Source of the DNA: Mobula hypostoma
Taxonomy: Eukaryota
Assembly (NCBI RefSeq): GCF_963921235.1
Contig: NC_086120.1
Span: 8,680,001 to 8,744,000, forward strand
Direction: 5' to 3'
DNA length: 64,000 nucleotides
In this document: positions 11,960 to 23,810 of the stretch, piece by piece
Position numbering within the stretch: position 1 is the first letter of the stretch
Layout of the letters: each line of letters begins with the position of its first letter
Translations under genes and position numbers: made by a program
Notes under the pieces: model-generated
What the model was told of the DNA's origin: nothing
Seen by the model: only the letters and a program-made list of their open reading frames with translations
The model's database searches: none

Positions 11960-12845
11960 GGGGGAAACTTTCAAGGTCAGATGTCTAGTTCCTGGTGAGA
12001 CATGCAAATACAAAATCACATGCAAAGCCTCCAGCCTAGAAGATTGCATCTGGTTGTCCCAACGTGGCCACTCCTGCATTGGTGAGACAAGGAACAAACT
12101 GGGTGACCCCTTTGCTGAGCATGTGTGTTCTGTCTGCCATGACTATCTGCAACACCCAGTTGTTATCCATTTAATTTTCAAGCCTGTTCCTACACTGACA
12201 TGTCTGTGCTCTGCCTTGTCCTCTTCCATGGTGAAGCTAAACACAAACTAGAGATTCATCTCCTTCTATGCCACATGGGTAGACTACAGCCTAATGGCTT
12301 GAGAACTGAATTCTGTAATTTCTAGTCAACTGTTCCTCCTCTCTTCCTTTTTTTTCTCTCCAGGTCTACCCATTTTTCCTGAACTCTCCCTAACTTCTAA
12401 CACTCATTTTTTGCCCCTCACTCTACCTACAACATCTGCCCATGACCCATACTCTTGTTCCACTACGTCTCCCCTCCCTCACCATTCCCATCTGCCCTCC
12501 CAGCTTCCTCACTTGATTCCATTACCCAACTTCTAATCCTATCAGATTCCATCATCTTCAGACCTTGTTTCTTCCAGCTATCACCTCCAAGCTTTGCCAT
12601 CATTTCCCACTTCCCTTTCTCCATCTATCTGTCACCTGCCACCCTTCACATCGAGCCTCTTTTCACTTGCCACTTCCAGTTCCATCCCTTCCCTTCACCA
12701 TTTTATACTGGATATCTGCCATCTTGTCATTCGGTCATTCACACTGATCCTTTCTCCAATGTGGACACTACCCAATGCATCTACAGTCCATTTCCCTCTA
12801 TGGATGCTGCCTTACCTGCTGAATTCCCCAACATCTTGCTTTTTT
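11960..12845 (+). mobile_element. Penelope-like element 3' part (GIY-YIG endonuclease relic, pyrimidine-rich 3' region)
   Basis: ORF 11916-12251 CIW.SQ.G..CIGET..KLGD.FAEH..SVC parallels the 44043-44432 copy. Confidence 0.7.
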
Positions 12846-13779
12846 AAAATTTGTTTTTCTGCTCAGGACAAGACAACCCACTCATCCCAGAAATTTACCT
12901 CCAGCTTACTCCATGCTTGCCAATCCAGTGCCCCATGCAGTGTCCTTCCTTCCTTGTGTCGGACAGACTTTCCCTTCCAGATCTCCAGAAATCTTTTTGT
13001 AGTGGATACAACCAAACATTTCACTCACTTTCCTTGACAATGGGCAGAGGTCTCAATCAACCACCCAGATATAATGAGCAGGTATCTCAGAGGGGAACAT
13101 GCTCACCTACAGTGCAACATTCACAAATTGCTGGAGGAACTCGGCACGTCAGGCAGTGTCTAAGGAAATGAAAGAAAAGTCAACAATTGTTACTGGTACT
13201 TTGGAACCTGTATCTAGTTTGAGTCAATCCTGTGAAATATGGTCCAGCCACTTCATCACATCCACATTTGTTATATAATTCGGTGGAGTATCATTGTCCA
13301 CCTGGGGGTTCTTGGTCTTGGTCATGAACAATAGGACAAACTCCATTCATTATTCCTCCATTCAGAACAAAACCCACCAAATTGACTGAGGGACTTCGCT
13401 TGACTCTGTCTGCCAACAAGATACTGCCACAGATTCTGCGCTGCATTTAATACAGAAATCTCCCCAAGATCTGATATCAAAATCCTTCACTATAATAATG
13501 TCAAACATTGGCTGTAGACTATGATTCCTATTGATTGAAAGGTGGACTTGTTCAATTCAGACTGGATAATACTTCCGCAATAGATACCATTTTATTCACT
13601 CAAATTCAATGCTGGTGGATTCAATAACACAGATGAGCCACACAATAAAAATACCCCACCACTTCTTTAGATCAACAAGTGCCTTTGCCTCACTTTAAGC
13701 TTTGTGGTCTGTGCCGAAGTCCCTTGGCTGACACATCACACACTGATCCTTTCTCCAATGTGGCAGTCATCCAGACTTC

Positions 13780-14870
13780 AACATTTTGAGAGGCTGGTCA
13801 TGGCACTCAATGACTTCATCATCCCAGTCAACCTCAGCCCACTGCAATTCGTCCATGGTGGACATCATCTCCCTGACTCTACAGCCATCTCTGCAGCATC
13901 TGGACAGTAAAGACACCTACGTTAGTCTATTGTTTATTGACTACAGCCCCGGATTCAATATTGTCATCCCAGGCAAATTCATCTCAAAGCTCCAAGTCCT
14001 TGGAGTTAAGACCTCCTTTTGCAACAGGAAGTTTGACTTGCTGACCAAGAGATCCCAATCAGTAAGGCTAGGCAGCACTACCACTGCCAAGAGTATTTTC
14101 CACACTGGTGCACCACAAGATTTTGTCGTCAGCCACTACTCTACTTCCTGAACAGTCAAAGTTCAAAGTTCAAAGTAAATTATTTATCAAAATATATATG
14201 CCATATTCAACCTGGAGATGATATTCATCTGAAGTCAATACTGTGCAGCCCAACTTTGCTCTAACATCATCTACAAGTTTTGCAGATGGTACCAGATTGG
14301 TGGGCCATAACTCAAAAAACAATGAGTCATAATACAGGAAAAAGTCAGAGAGCTCAGTAACATGGTGTCATGAGAACAACATTGCCCTCAATGTCAACCA
14401 AGCAATTGATCTGGTCAGTTACTTCAGAAATTGACTAGATCATTGGCATATGATCATGTCCATATCAATGTTACTGGGACAGTTGTGCATACATCACAGC
14501 ACATCAAGAAAATCATCCTCTTCTCCATGGACCCTATCTATATTTCTTGATATCTCATTAAAGCAAGCAGCATAATCAAAGACCCTTTTCACCCTGGACA
14601 TTATCTCTTAACTCCTTTCTCATCAGGCTAATCAGAAAAAGTTTGAAAGCATGTACCAGCAGGCTCAAGAATATCTTCTACCTGCTGTTATAAGACTATT
14701 GAATGATTCTCTAGTACGATAAGATAGATTCTTGACCTTGCAGTCCACCTCATTCTGATCTTGCACTGACCAACTATCTGCACTGCATTTTCTCTACGGT
14801 TGCTACAGTTTACTGTGCATTCCGTTATTGTATCTCCTTGTACTACTTCAATGTGCTGCATAATGGTACC
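13780..14870 (+). mobile_element. Rex1/Babar LINE RT relic
   Basis: [31 protein letters not shown] (RT). The downstream part matches the other Rex1 copies. Confidence 0.7.
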
Positions 14871-15094
14871 TCAGTGCAGGTGACAATAGTAAACCAATTC
14901 CAGTTCAGAATCCAAATCAGGAAGTGGTTGAACTTTTGATCTCATGATGTGGGGGAAAGAAGGTGTCTGATCTTTTAAACCTGTCTCCATCCGCTTTTGC
15001 ATACAATCCAATCTGAAAGAATCTGCCTCTTATGAATAATATCTATAATTGAATTAAACTGTGATTCAGTAAATGTACGAATGAGTGTACATAG

Positions 15095-18000
15095 ACTACA
15101 CAATTAAAAAAAAATAATTTCTGGAATCTGGGCGTTACTGGCTGGCCCAGTATCGATTGTTCATCCTCTGAACGATGGTGGTGAACTGTATAGTTACACT
15201 GCTGCTGAACAGGGGAAGGTATTCTGACAGTAACGTCAAAGAGAATGTTCCTGTACTTCGGTGGTGGACCAGCAATACATTTGCAGGTCTTGATAGTTTG
15301 CAAGTTGGACGAGAGCCTGCAGGTGGTGGTGCTTGCCTGCATCTGCTGCACTTATCTCTCTAGGCCAGTGACTCCCAATGAGGGCAGTTATGTGTCCTAA
15401 GAGGGCATTAGGAGAAATAGAGTTAATTCCGGATGTATTCAAGATTCTTGGGAGTGGGGGTGGCGGGGGGGGGGGGCCGGGTCAGGCGATAAGCGGCACC
15501 CTTACAATGGCACTATAATTATGAGACCTTATGTGATTGGTCAATTGCCCTAACTTGTATAGTTGCTTGCTAACACTACCTCTATCCTGACTACTATTCA
15601 GATTCCAATCTGATTCCTTGTTACGTAATTTTTCACTTTTCTGATCATCTTCATCTTCACCTTGTCGGTCCTTTGTGTGCCACTACCATCATTCTATCCA
15701 TGCCAACTCTCTGCCATCATCAATATTCAAGAGGCATTCCCAGTTTGTGTCAATTTTTTTAAATTTTAATTTAGCCCCATCATTGGTGGATAAATATACT
15801 CCGCACTATCTCCACAAGTCTGAAGGTGGTGAAGCCCTGAATTCTCATCCTGCTAAGAAACAGAAACTACAGAAAGTGCAACAATACAATGTTACAAACC
15901 TGCAGTATGGTTTAATTCCATTCCCATAAGATCACCAATGCCTCATGTATCTATTTGTTATATTGTACTATCTAATGAAGCCATGAAACCAACTAGTTTG
16001 CAGGAACACTTCCATAAAAGACACCATGAAAAAGCTAATTATGGTATTACTCAGGTCCATAATATGAAAGAAGCATTTGACTTGAGTTATTTTTCAAGAA
16101 ATTTAAAGATGACCTTGATAGTGGTCTTGTGGCTTCATATAACATTTCTAAAATGATAGCAAAATGTGGAAAATCTCATACTATTAGTGAAAATTTAATT
16201 ATGCCTGCTGTATCAGAAGTGCTCACCACTGTTCTCTAAATAGATACCAGTACTTTAAAATCAATTCCTCTCAGTAATAATTCTGTAGCTAGTTGTACTG
16301 ACAAAATGAGTGAAGACATTGATTAACAACAATGCACAGAGCTACAAAAAAATGAATTTGGGATACAACTGGATGATTCAACTGTGCAAAGCAAAGAGGC
16401 ATTGCTAATGGCCCATGCACAGTTTATCAAAATGGAAAAGATTATGAAGAGATTCTCTTTTGTAAAAAGATAAAAACAAATAACAACAGAGAATCAATCT
16501 AAGATGACAGCAAAATGTATATTGAGGAGAAAAGTATTCCAATTAGGACCATAATTTCTTATGCATCAGATGGAGCACCATATATGACAGCTGGCAGTCA
16601 AAAGGCTGCTGCTTAAAATGTTTCTTCAAATTTTTTGACACTGTGGTTGAATTTTTGCTCAAAGTTGACAAGAACTTGTGAAAAAAATTAAACTTCTAAA
16701 TGGCGATGTGGCATACCTAGCCGATCTGTACGATGAAATGAGCATTGTTAATATGAAACTGCAAACTGCAGCGTGAGAATTTTAATTTAATCCAGGCAAA
16801 AAGTACTGAGATACTTTTATCAGAAAATTGGAAATATACATGTGAGCAAAACACTGGGAGAAGAATGTTTTCACAATTTCCCTGCATGGAGAGTATGGCA
16901 CTCTCTTTCACAGACTATGATTTGAAAGAGTACTGCTTATACCTGTAGTCATTGATGAAGGATTTTCAGAATCCATTCAGGGACTTGAACAATCTGTAAC
17001 TTCCAGACTGGGTCATTAACCCGTTTCTTTGCAAATTGGAAGAACAGGAAGAGAGCTTGCAAGAAGAAATTATCAAAATTCAGAATGATGAATAAGCAAA
17101 AATGCTTTTCAAAAATGTCAGCTTTTGTGATATGTAGCTACACTGTCATATGAAGTTCCCTGGTCTTTGAAGAAGAGCGGAACTACCCTTCATTGCACTT
17201 CCATCCTCCTACCTTGTTGAAAGTGGTTTCAGTGCAGTGAACCACATACTCACAAAGAAAAACTAAAACTGCTTGGACGTTGTTACATGTGGGGATGTAA
17301 ATCTTTTGCTCTCACAACTTGAAACAGATATTTCAGCTCTTGCTAAAAACCATCAAGCTCAAGGATCACATTGATATCAAAGCTGCTATAGAGTGTAAAG
17401 TTACTGTGTAAGCTATGTTTGAAGACAAATAAAAATTCAAAGCAGAATTGATTTTCTCATGACAGTATATGATAGACATGTTTTTACATTATGGGGGTGC
17501 CAGGAAGTACATTGTGCTTTACAGCAGTGTTGGCAAGTGAGAAGATGCTTTAAGGGGGGCGTTGGGCTAAAAGATTGCAAAACACTGCTCTAGAGTCTAG
17601 GTTGTCTAGGAGGTGGTTGAGAGTTGAGTGAATAACTGAAGTACACCTTGTAGATTTTCCACACTGCTGCTACTATGGGAAGAGGTGGAGGGAATAAATA
17701 TTTCAGTAAATTTTGGAGGTACTAGTCACAAAGGCTGCTGCATAAAGGGTGATGCAAAGATTCTTGAGAATCATTGGGATTGCACTCATCCAAGTAAGCG
17801 GAGAATATTCCATCAAACCTCTAACTACGGAATGTGAAAAAATGTAAATATCTGTGTGATGCCAAGATGTGAGTCCATCACTACAGAATATCCAGCCTTT
17901 GAGCCAATCCTGGGACAGTGGCATTTATTTCAATAGTCCACATGATTTTCCAGTCAACGTGAACTCTTGGGATATTCATGGTGGAGGATTTAGCAATGTT

Positions 18001-18260
18001 AATGTCATTGAATGTCAACCCTAGGGAGTAAGATTTTCTGTCCTTGGAGATAGTCAATGCCTGACTCTATGGGTGCAAATATCACTTGTCACATATCAGC
18101 CCATGGCTGAATGTTATCGACATCTGATGGCATACAGGCTGGGACTGAAGCATTAGCTGAGGGGTTACAAGTGGAACTGAACATTCTGCAAATGTCTGTG
18201 AACACTCCACTGCTGACTTTATGATGGGAGGAAGGTCACTGATGAAGCAGTTGGGATGAG
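15095..18260 (-). mobile_element. Old CR1/L2-group LINE relic, split by the hAT element at 15366-17587
   Basis: The sequence left of 15366 (CTGCTGCACTTATCTCTCTAG) continues logically after 17595 (GGTTGTCTAGGAGG..CTTGTAGAT..CACACTGCTGC). The same family occurs at 2.55-2.75, 18.64-18.96, 25.4-25.8 and 60.0-60.2 kb. Confidence 0.55.
15366..17587 (+). mobile_element. hAT (Charlie/Buster-type) DNA transposon with decayed transposase
   Basis: Transposase remnants LSNEAMKPTSLQEH..HTISENLIMPA..IPLSNNSV..QLDDS..; C-terminal FPSSYLVESGFSAV. Termini CAGTGACTCCCAA / TTGCAAAACACTG; flanks CTCTAGGC (15358-65) and CTCTAGAG (17588-95). Confidence 0.75.
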
Positions 18261-19995
18261 TATACTTCCCAGAGGAAATTCTGCAATGATTATAAACACA
18301 AGAGATGCTGCAGCTGTTGGAAATCCATCATCCTGCAGAGATGTCCTGGTTCTGGGTTCTTTGACATTACATTGTGCAAATCATGGCTCCAGCAACAGAC
18401 AGGAGCAGCAGAGACAAAATGGCAATTTCAAACTCACCAGCCTGGGTGTGTCTTGTCCGAAAATACTCTTTAGAGGTGGGGGCACAGTGGTGTACCAGCA
18501 GGGGAGAGGAGCCCTTGGTGTCTTGAGCATTGAATCCAGACACAGTGAAGTCTCATAACATCAAGAGAAATATGGACATGGAGACCTCCTCCTGATTACA
18601 ATCTCCTGACTTCCCTCCACGGATGAATCGATGTTCCCCATGTTGAGCAACACAGAGTAAGTACTAATAGAAGCAAGAACACAATGTTTACTGGGACTTC
18701 TATGGTGGTCACCAAGAGTGGTTGGGTTGCACCAACACAGACTGAGTTGGCCAAGTCCTGAAGGACAGAGCTTCAAGTGAGAGCCTGCAGCAGACAATGA
18801 ATGAGCAACAGCAGAGAGAAACATACTTGACCTCAACCTCACCAATCCACATACGGAAGATTCTTCTGTCAATGATCGTAGTGGTTGATGTGATCAATAG
18901 GTTGTTGTAAAGCAGATAGCTGTGAACAGAAGCCATATACTGCAACTCTCTTCATTTCTATAATGGGGGTGAACTGACCATCACACAGTTAAAGAATCAA
19001 CCTCACTAACATCTTCTTCCCCTAGAATTCAGTGAAGAAATCTGGTGAGTGGAGTTAATCTGACAAAAAACATGGCACAATCTCTGAAGGAGTTCTTGTT
19101 CTCACTGCCATAACTCAAGGGGAGTACCAGAGATAATGTTCCTTTAAAGGTCAAGTGCTTCACAGATACTTAAAATAATATCAGGTAGAACAGAAACTGT
19201 GATATTTGACAGAAATGGCAAATGTAAGCATTCTGGGCTGTCCCTCTGCTTAAAATAACAGCTCATATCCTGCTGTGGCCACAGATATTTGCTATTTTTA
19301 TACCCAGGCAGCTGCTGTTCTAAACTGCACCAAAGCTGTTTTTTTATTGCATGGCAATTATTATTTATGAAATTGTTTGTTAAAATGGGTTGTTTCTTCC
19401 ACATTAACAATAATAGCCAATTTCCCATGGAATATTTTCTCACTGTGTTACATTCCAGACCTCCTCCATTCCCAGTGTAAACTGCTGCAGGACAAACTCA
19501 CAGCAGCCTTGCCTCACCCAGTCAAACTTTTTATATTGAAATGAGTGCAGCTGGCTTTCAAAGTAGTATTTTCATTCCAAGGATCAGAAAATCTTGATTA
19601 AATTTTATCAATGACCACAATTTTGGGTCTTAATATTCCACAGTCCGTTGATAACAAGTTGGAATATTATTGTCAGATTGTATTAGTGTATTAGTACTAT
19701 TGAAATATCAGATTCTATAGAGTGAAACAGGATAATTTATGGTTGAAACACTAGAAACAAACAGTAATATTGTCTAAGCAATAACTGAAGTGTTTACTTA
19801 TATTTACAGTAAGTTTTCATGTTAAACATTTTGTGGCAGTTTTTTTTATAAGGGAATGTTTCAAAATCAGAATCATATTTAATATCACTGGCATACCTCG
19901 TGAAATTGAGTGTTTTGCAGCAATGCTACGTTACATTCCATAATAATTTAATAAATGATAAATTTCAATAAGGGGCACATATGTTTTCTCACCTG

Positions 19996-21530
19996 CTATG
20001 GGTGGTGTGTATGTGTATTTCTCCCTCAATCTTGGGTCATCTACCAGAGGCCTGGGGGCTTGAAGGTTCGGCACAATATCCTTGCCGTCCCTAGTCGTGC
20101 ACTCTTCTGGACAGACATATCAAATGTTGTTCTTGGGATTGGTTGGAGCCAATCTTCCAGTCCAGGTGTAACAGCTCCAAGTGCACCTATCACCAGTGGA
20201 ATTACTCTGGCTTTAACCTTCTAATTTCTTTGTATCTGTTCTTTCAAGCTCTGGTATTTCTCCCCCTTCTCATATTCTTTCTTCCTGATGGTACCGTCAT
20301 TCGGGAGTGCCACATCTATTAGCATTGCTTTCTTCTGTTCCTTGTCCTGTGTTACTATGTCTGGTTGTTTGGCCAATACCTGCTTATCAGTCTATATTTG
20401 GAAGTCCCACAGGATCTTAGCTCTGTCATTCTCCATTATCTTCTCAGGTGTTCCTCATTTGATCTTGCGGGTGTCCAATCTATTCTCAGTGCAGATGTTC
20501 CTGTACACAATTCCTGCAACTTGACTGTGTATGTTGTCCCTGTCTGTATCTTACACTCTGCTACTATGTGCTGGATGGTTTCAGTGGATTCCTTCCACAG
20601 TCTGCATCTTGAGTCTTGTTTGCTTTAATCGACCCCTGCTTCTATTGCTCTTGTGTTCAGTGTCTGTTCTTGTGTAGACATGAGCAGCACCTCTGTGCTG
20701 TTCCTCAGACCTGCCATTTCCAGCCATCGGTAGGACTTTCTTATGTCAGCCACCTCTGATATCTGGAGATAGTACATCCTGTGCAGCGACTTGCCCTGTT
20801 GTGGCCTCTGGTACTCTGACTTTGCTTCACCCACTTCCATTCCCATGTCTCAGCCTGCTGCTTGAGGTATTCTCTAAGCAGGTCATCCTTAAGGGCCATC
20901 TTCCTGACGTACTCACGGACATTTCACATTTCTTCCAGGACTATGGCCCTGACACTTCCAAAATCTCATCCTCCTTTATTCCAGCAGGTGTGCAGTCGCT
21001 CAATATTGGACCTTGGGTGAAAGCCTCCATGTGTTGTTAGTAGTTTCTGGGTCTTGATGTCAACAGCTTCCAGTTTGTTCCTTGGCCAGCACATTATTGC
21101 AGCTGGGTATCCGATGACTGGCAGGGCGAATGTGTTGATGACTCTGATCGTGTTCTTCCCAATCAGCTGGCTCTTTAGAATCTGTCTCACTCTTTGGAGG
21201 TATCTGGATGTTGCAGCTATTTTTGTGTCCTCATTGTCACTTCCATGTGTCTGCAGGATATCCAGGTATTTGTAGCTGTTCTGAACATCTGGTCTGTCGC
21301 CTTCAAGTAACTCAATTCCTTCAGTATTGATGAGTTTCCGTCTTTTCACCACCATTCCGCTACACTTTTCCAGTTCAAATGACAGCCCAATGTCTCTGCT
21401 GTACACCCTTGTCAGGTGGATTAGTAAGTCAATGTCTCTTTCATTCCTGGCATACTGCTTGAGGTCATCCATCTACAGGTGGAGGCTGACGGTCACTCCA
21501 CTCTTCAACCTGGTCCCATATCTACGCAGA
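19996..21530 (-). mobile_element. R4/Dong (Rex6-like) non-LTR retrotransposon, 5'-truncated: RT C-terminus + restriction-like endonuclease
   Basis: ORF 20966-21472 MDDLKQYARNE..IGLSFELEKC..YKYL.I..INTFALPVI. Near 20.3-20.4 kb: WDFQI*TDKQVLAKQPDIV..KKAMLIDVA (PD..D restriction-like endonuclease motif). Confidence 0.8.
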
Positions 21531-21639
21531 ATGCTCAAACTCCCAGGCCTCAAGACTGAGGGAAATATACACAAATACACCACCCATTAGGGGACAGAAA
21601 GAATTATTAAAATTAAATTAAACAAGAAGTGAAAAAGAG

Positions 21640-22075
21640 AAGGAAAAATACTGTTGCAGTATTCATGGATTCATTGTCCATTCAAAAATATGATGGCAGA
21701 GGAGAAGAAGCTGTTCCTGAAACATTGGGTGTGTGTCTTCAGGCTCCTGCACTTCCTCCTTGATGGCAGCATTAGGTAGAGGGCATGTCCTGAATGATGT
21801 GACCTTAATGTTGGATACTGTCTGTTTGAGTCATCGCCTTTTGAATGAAACTGCACACACTTTCTAATGCTGATCCCTCAATGAGGACTGATGTGTGTTC
21901 CTTCAACTTCCCCTTCCTGAAGACAACAACCAGTTCATTGTTCCTATTGATGTTAAGTGCAAGGTTGTTGTTGCAATACAATTCAACCAGCTGATCTATC
22001 TCACTCCTGTACACCTCCTCATCACCAGCATTTGTTTTGTCACCATCAATGTTTTGGACAGTTTATCTCATGAGG
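21640..22075 (-). mobile_element. Rex1/Babar LINE 3' relic
   Basis: YRSEIDQLVE..NNNLALNI..ELVVVFRKGK..VLIEGS; HALYLMLPSRRK.RSLKTHT..F.NSFF. Confidence 0.7.
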
Positions 22076-22324
22076 AACTACTAATAATGTCCTACCTTGC
22101 ACGTTATTGTCCTCAGATTTTAAATGATTTTATTTTACCAAAGAGAGAGTCACAAGGGAATGGTGTTGGATCAGTCAGTGATAATAAACCTGATTCTGAT
22201 TCTGACTTAGCTGTGTTAATTAGAGCCCAAATTATTGCTTTAATTGTCTTTTTCTAATGTTATTTTGCTTACACTTGCTTTCATTTTGTATAATCACAAG
22301 GAATCTAAAAAGAGTCATACCCCA

Positions 22325-23810
22325 TAAGGCAGCCGGGCCAGACAACATCCCAGGCTGAGGACTCAGGAAGTGCACACACCAGCTCACTGACCTCTTCACG
22401 GACATCTACAACACTTCACTCATCCAGGCTGCTGTCCCATATGCTTCAGATCAGCCAACATCATTCCTGTACGAAACTACTCTGCACTCTCAGAACTAAA
22501 GGACTATCGACCGGTGTCACTGACACCAATTATCATGAAGTGCTTTGAACAGCTGGTAATGGCACACATTAAAAGCTCATTCCTGCCACACTGGACACTC
22601 ACAAATATGTTTACCGAATGACGAATGCAATAGCATCTGTCATGCACCTGGCCCTGGTACACCGAGAAAACAGGAGCACTTGTGTCAGAACAAGAGAAAA
22701 TCTGCAGATGCTGGAAATCCAGGCAACACACATAAAATGCTGGAGCAACTCAGCACGCCAGGCAGCACCTATCGAAAAGAGTACAGTCGACGTTTCAGGC
22801 CAAGACCCTCCAGCAGGACTGTGAGAATGCTGTTTCTGGATTGCAGTTCAGCATTCAACACTATTGTCCCACAGACCTTGGTGAACAAACTCCTACTCCA
22901 CAGCTTAAATCCACCACCGTGCAACTGGTTGTTGGACTTCTCAACAAACAGACCTCAGATAGTCAGGATGCACAACTGCTCCTCCCTCTCCATGATCCTT
23001 AACACAGGTACCCCCACCCCCAGGGCTATGCGCTGACCCCATTGTTAAACACTCTGCTCTCACATCACTGCACAGCCAAACATTAAGTAACCACATTGTC
23101 AAGTTTCCCAATGACACAACAGTGGTGGGGCTCATCACCAACAATGATAATGCAGCCTTCAGATAACTTGTTCCTCAGTGTCAACAAGACAATGAAGATT
23201 GTTATTGACGTCAGGAGAACTCACACCACACACATCACATTGGCCACACATCATGCATCACCTCTCATCATCCCAGAAGACATCCTACACACTTGGGAAA
23301 GCTCACCTACACTTCTACTTCTGAGGAAGTTGAAGTGAGCTGGACAATACACATCCTTACTCATGTCCTTCTGCAGATGTGCAAGACAAAGCATCTTAAC
23401 AAGCTTTATTGGTGCATGGTAAGGACACTGTACTGTGGTGGACAGGAAGTTCAATACAATGGGTATGCCCAATGCATCAGTGGCACCAGCTAACCTACCA
23501 TCAAGGATGCATATGCAGAATGGTGCCAGTAAGGAGCCAGTAATGTCACGAAGGATCTCACCAACTCTGCACATTGTCTGTCCCACTCCCAGCTGGGAGG
23601 AGGCTGCATAGCATCCACGCCAGGACCACCAGAGTCAAAAACAGTTAATTTCCCCAGGTACGAATGATGACTAACTCCTCCACACATGAACACACACCTC
23701 CACCACCTCTACTTCATCATTTCCTGTCAGAGTCACCTTATGTACAGACACTCCTCTGCCTAGTGTCAGTTTATGGACATACAATCAATCTATGTATATA
23801 AGCTGTCTCA
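22325..23810 (+). mobile_element. Rex1/Babar LINE relic with a Penelope-derived short insert at about 22683-22821
   Basis: [24 protein letters not shown]....CNW.LDF.TNRPQ.VRM (ORF 22680-23036), followed by a 3' UTR like the one at 1.9-2.15 kb. Confidence 0.75.

Noticed and set aside
18541-18580. Isolated CACAGTG heptamer
   Set aside because: No nonamer at 12 or 23 nt and no adjacent V, D or J coding sequence.
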